Virus genome (UHGV): UHGV-0194232
Reading direction: 5' to 3' (one strand)
Source of the DNA: a virus
DNA: 15,734 nt
Below the pieces are notes generated by a model. The model was not told the DNA's origin and made no database searches. It saw only the letters and a program-made list of their open reading frames with translations. Shown one piece after another: positions 15,521 through 15,734 of the stretch (its first letter is position 1; each line of letters starts with the position of its first letter). Made by a program: the position numbers and the translations under genes.

Positions 15521-15734
15521 TATCTTCTCCTGATATCGAAGCCCGTCACCGCCCCGGGCGCTGATCAACATTTGAGTTTTCGCGGCGACAGAAAGAATTT
15601 ATTTTATTGAGTAGCCACAAACACAGAATTTCATGCTTTCCGGACGCCGGCGCATCCTTCATTTTTCAGCAAAATATTCTGCTCTTACAGGCGATCAGTT
15701 CTGCATACACTGCCGAACACCGTCGACAATTTCA

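Noticed and set aside
15590-15640. Possible sigma70 promoter upstream of the 130 aa gene (TTGTGG and TAAAAT-like hexamers on the minus strand)
   Set aside because: The spacing between the candidate -35 and -10 elements is far too short (about 8 nt), and no better-spaced pair was found by eye. It cannot be supported without a promoter-prediction run or a transcription start mapping.

Overview
This window is the cos-proximal left arm of a lambdoid-type phage or prophage, with every credible gene on the minus strand (transcribed from high to low coordinates). It contains a lambda-like cos site (about 14700-14866), then lambda-type packaging and head genes in canonical order: Nu1, A, W, B, C with a nested Nu3-like scaffold, D, E, FI and FII. 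These are followed by two uncharacterised virion genes and a P2-type baseplate and fibre module (V, W, J, I, H), with the H-like tail fibre running off the left edge. A 130 aa hypothetical gene lies to the right of cos. Three things stand out: the gpI-like baseplate protein is extended to 803 aa by an Ig-like domain and a cysteine-rich leucine-rich-repeat array; the scaffold part of gene C carries about four diverged 138-bp in-frame tandem repeats; and the cosB repeats and the predicted cosN core differ from lambda. All homology calls were made by eye against lambda and P2 protein sequences recalled from memory; no database search or structure prediction was run. Plus-strand ORFs in the track are antisense shadows. 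No tRNA, CRISPR array, integrase or tail sheath/tube/tape-measure gene is present in the window.
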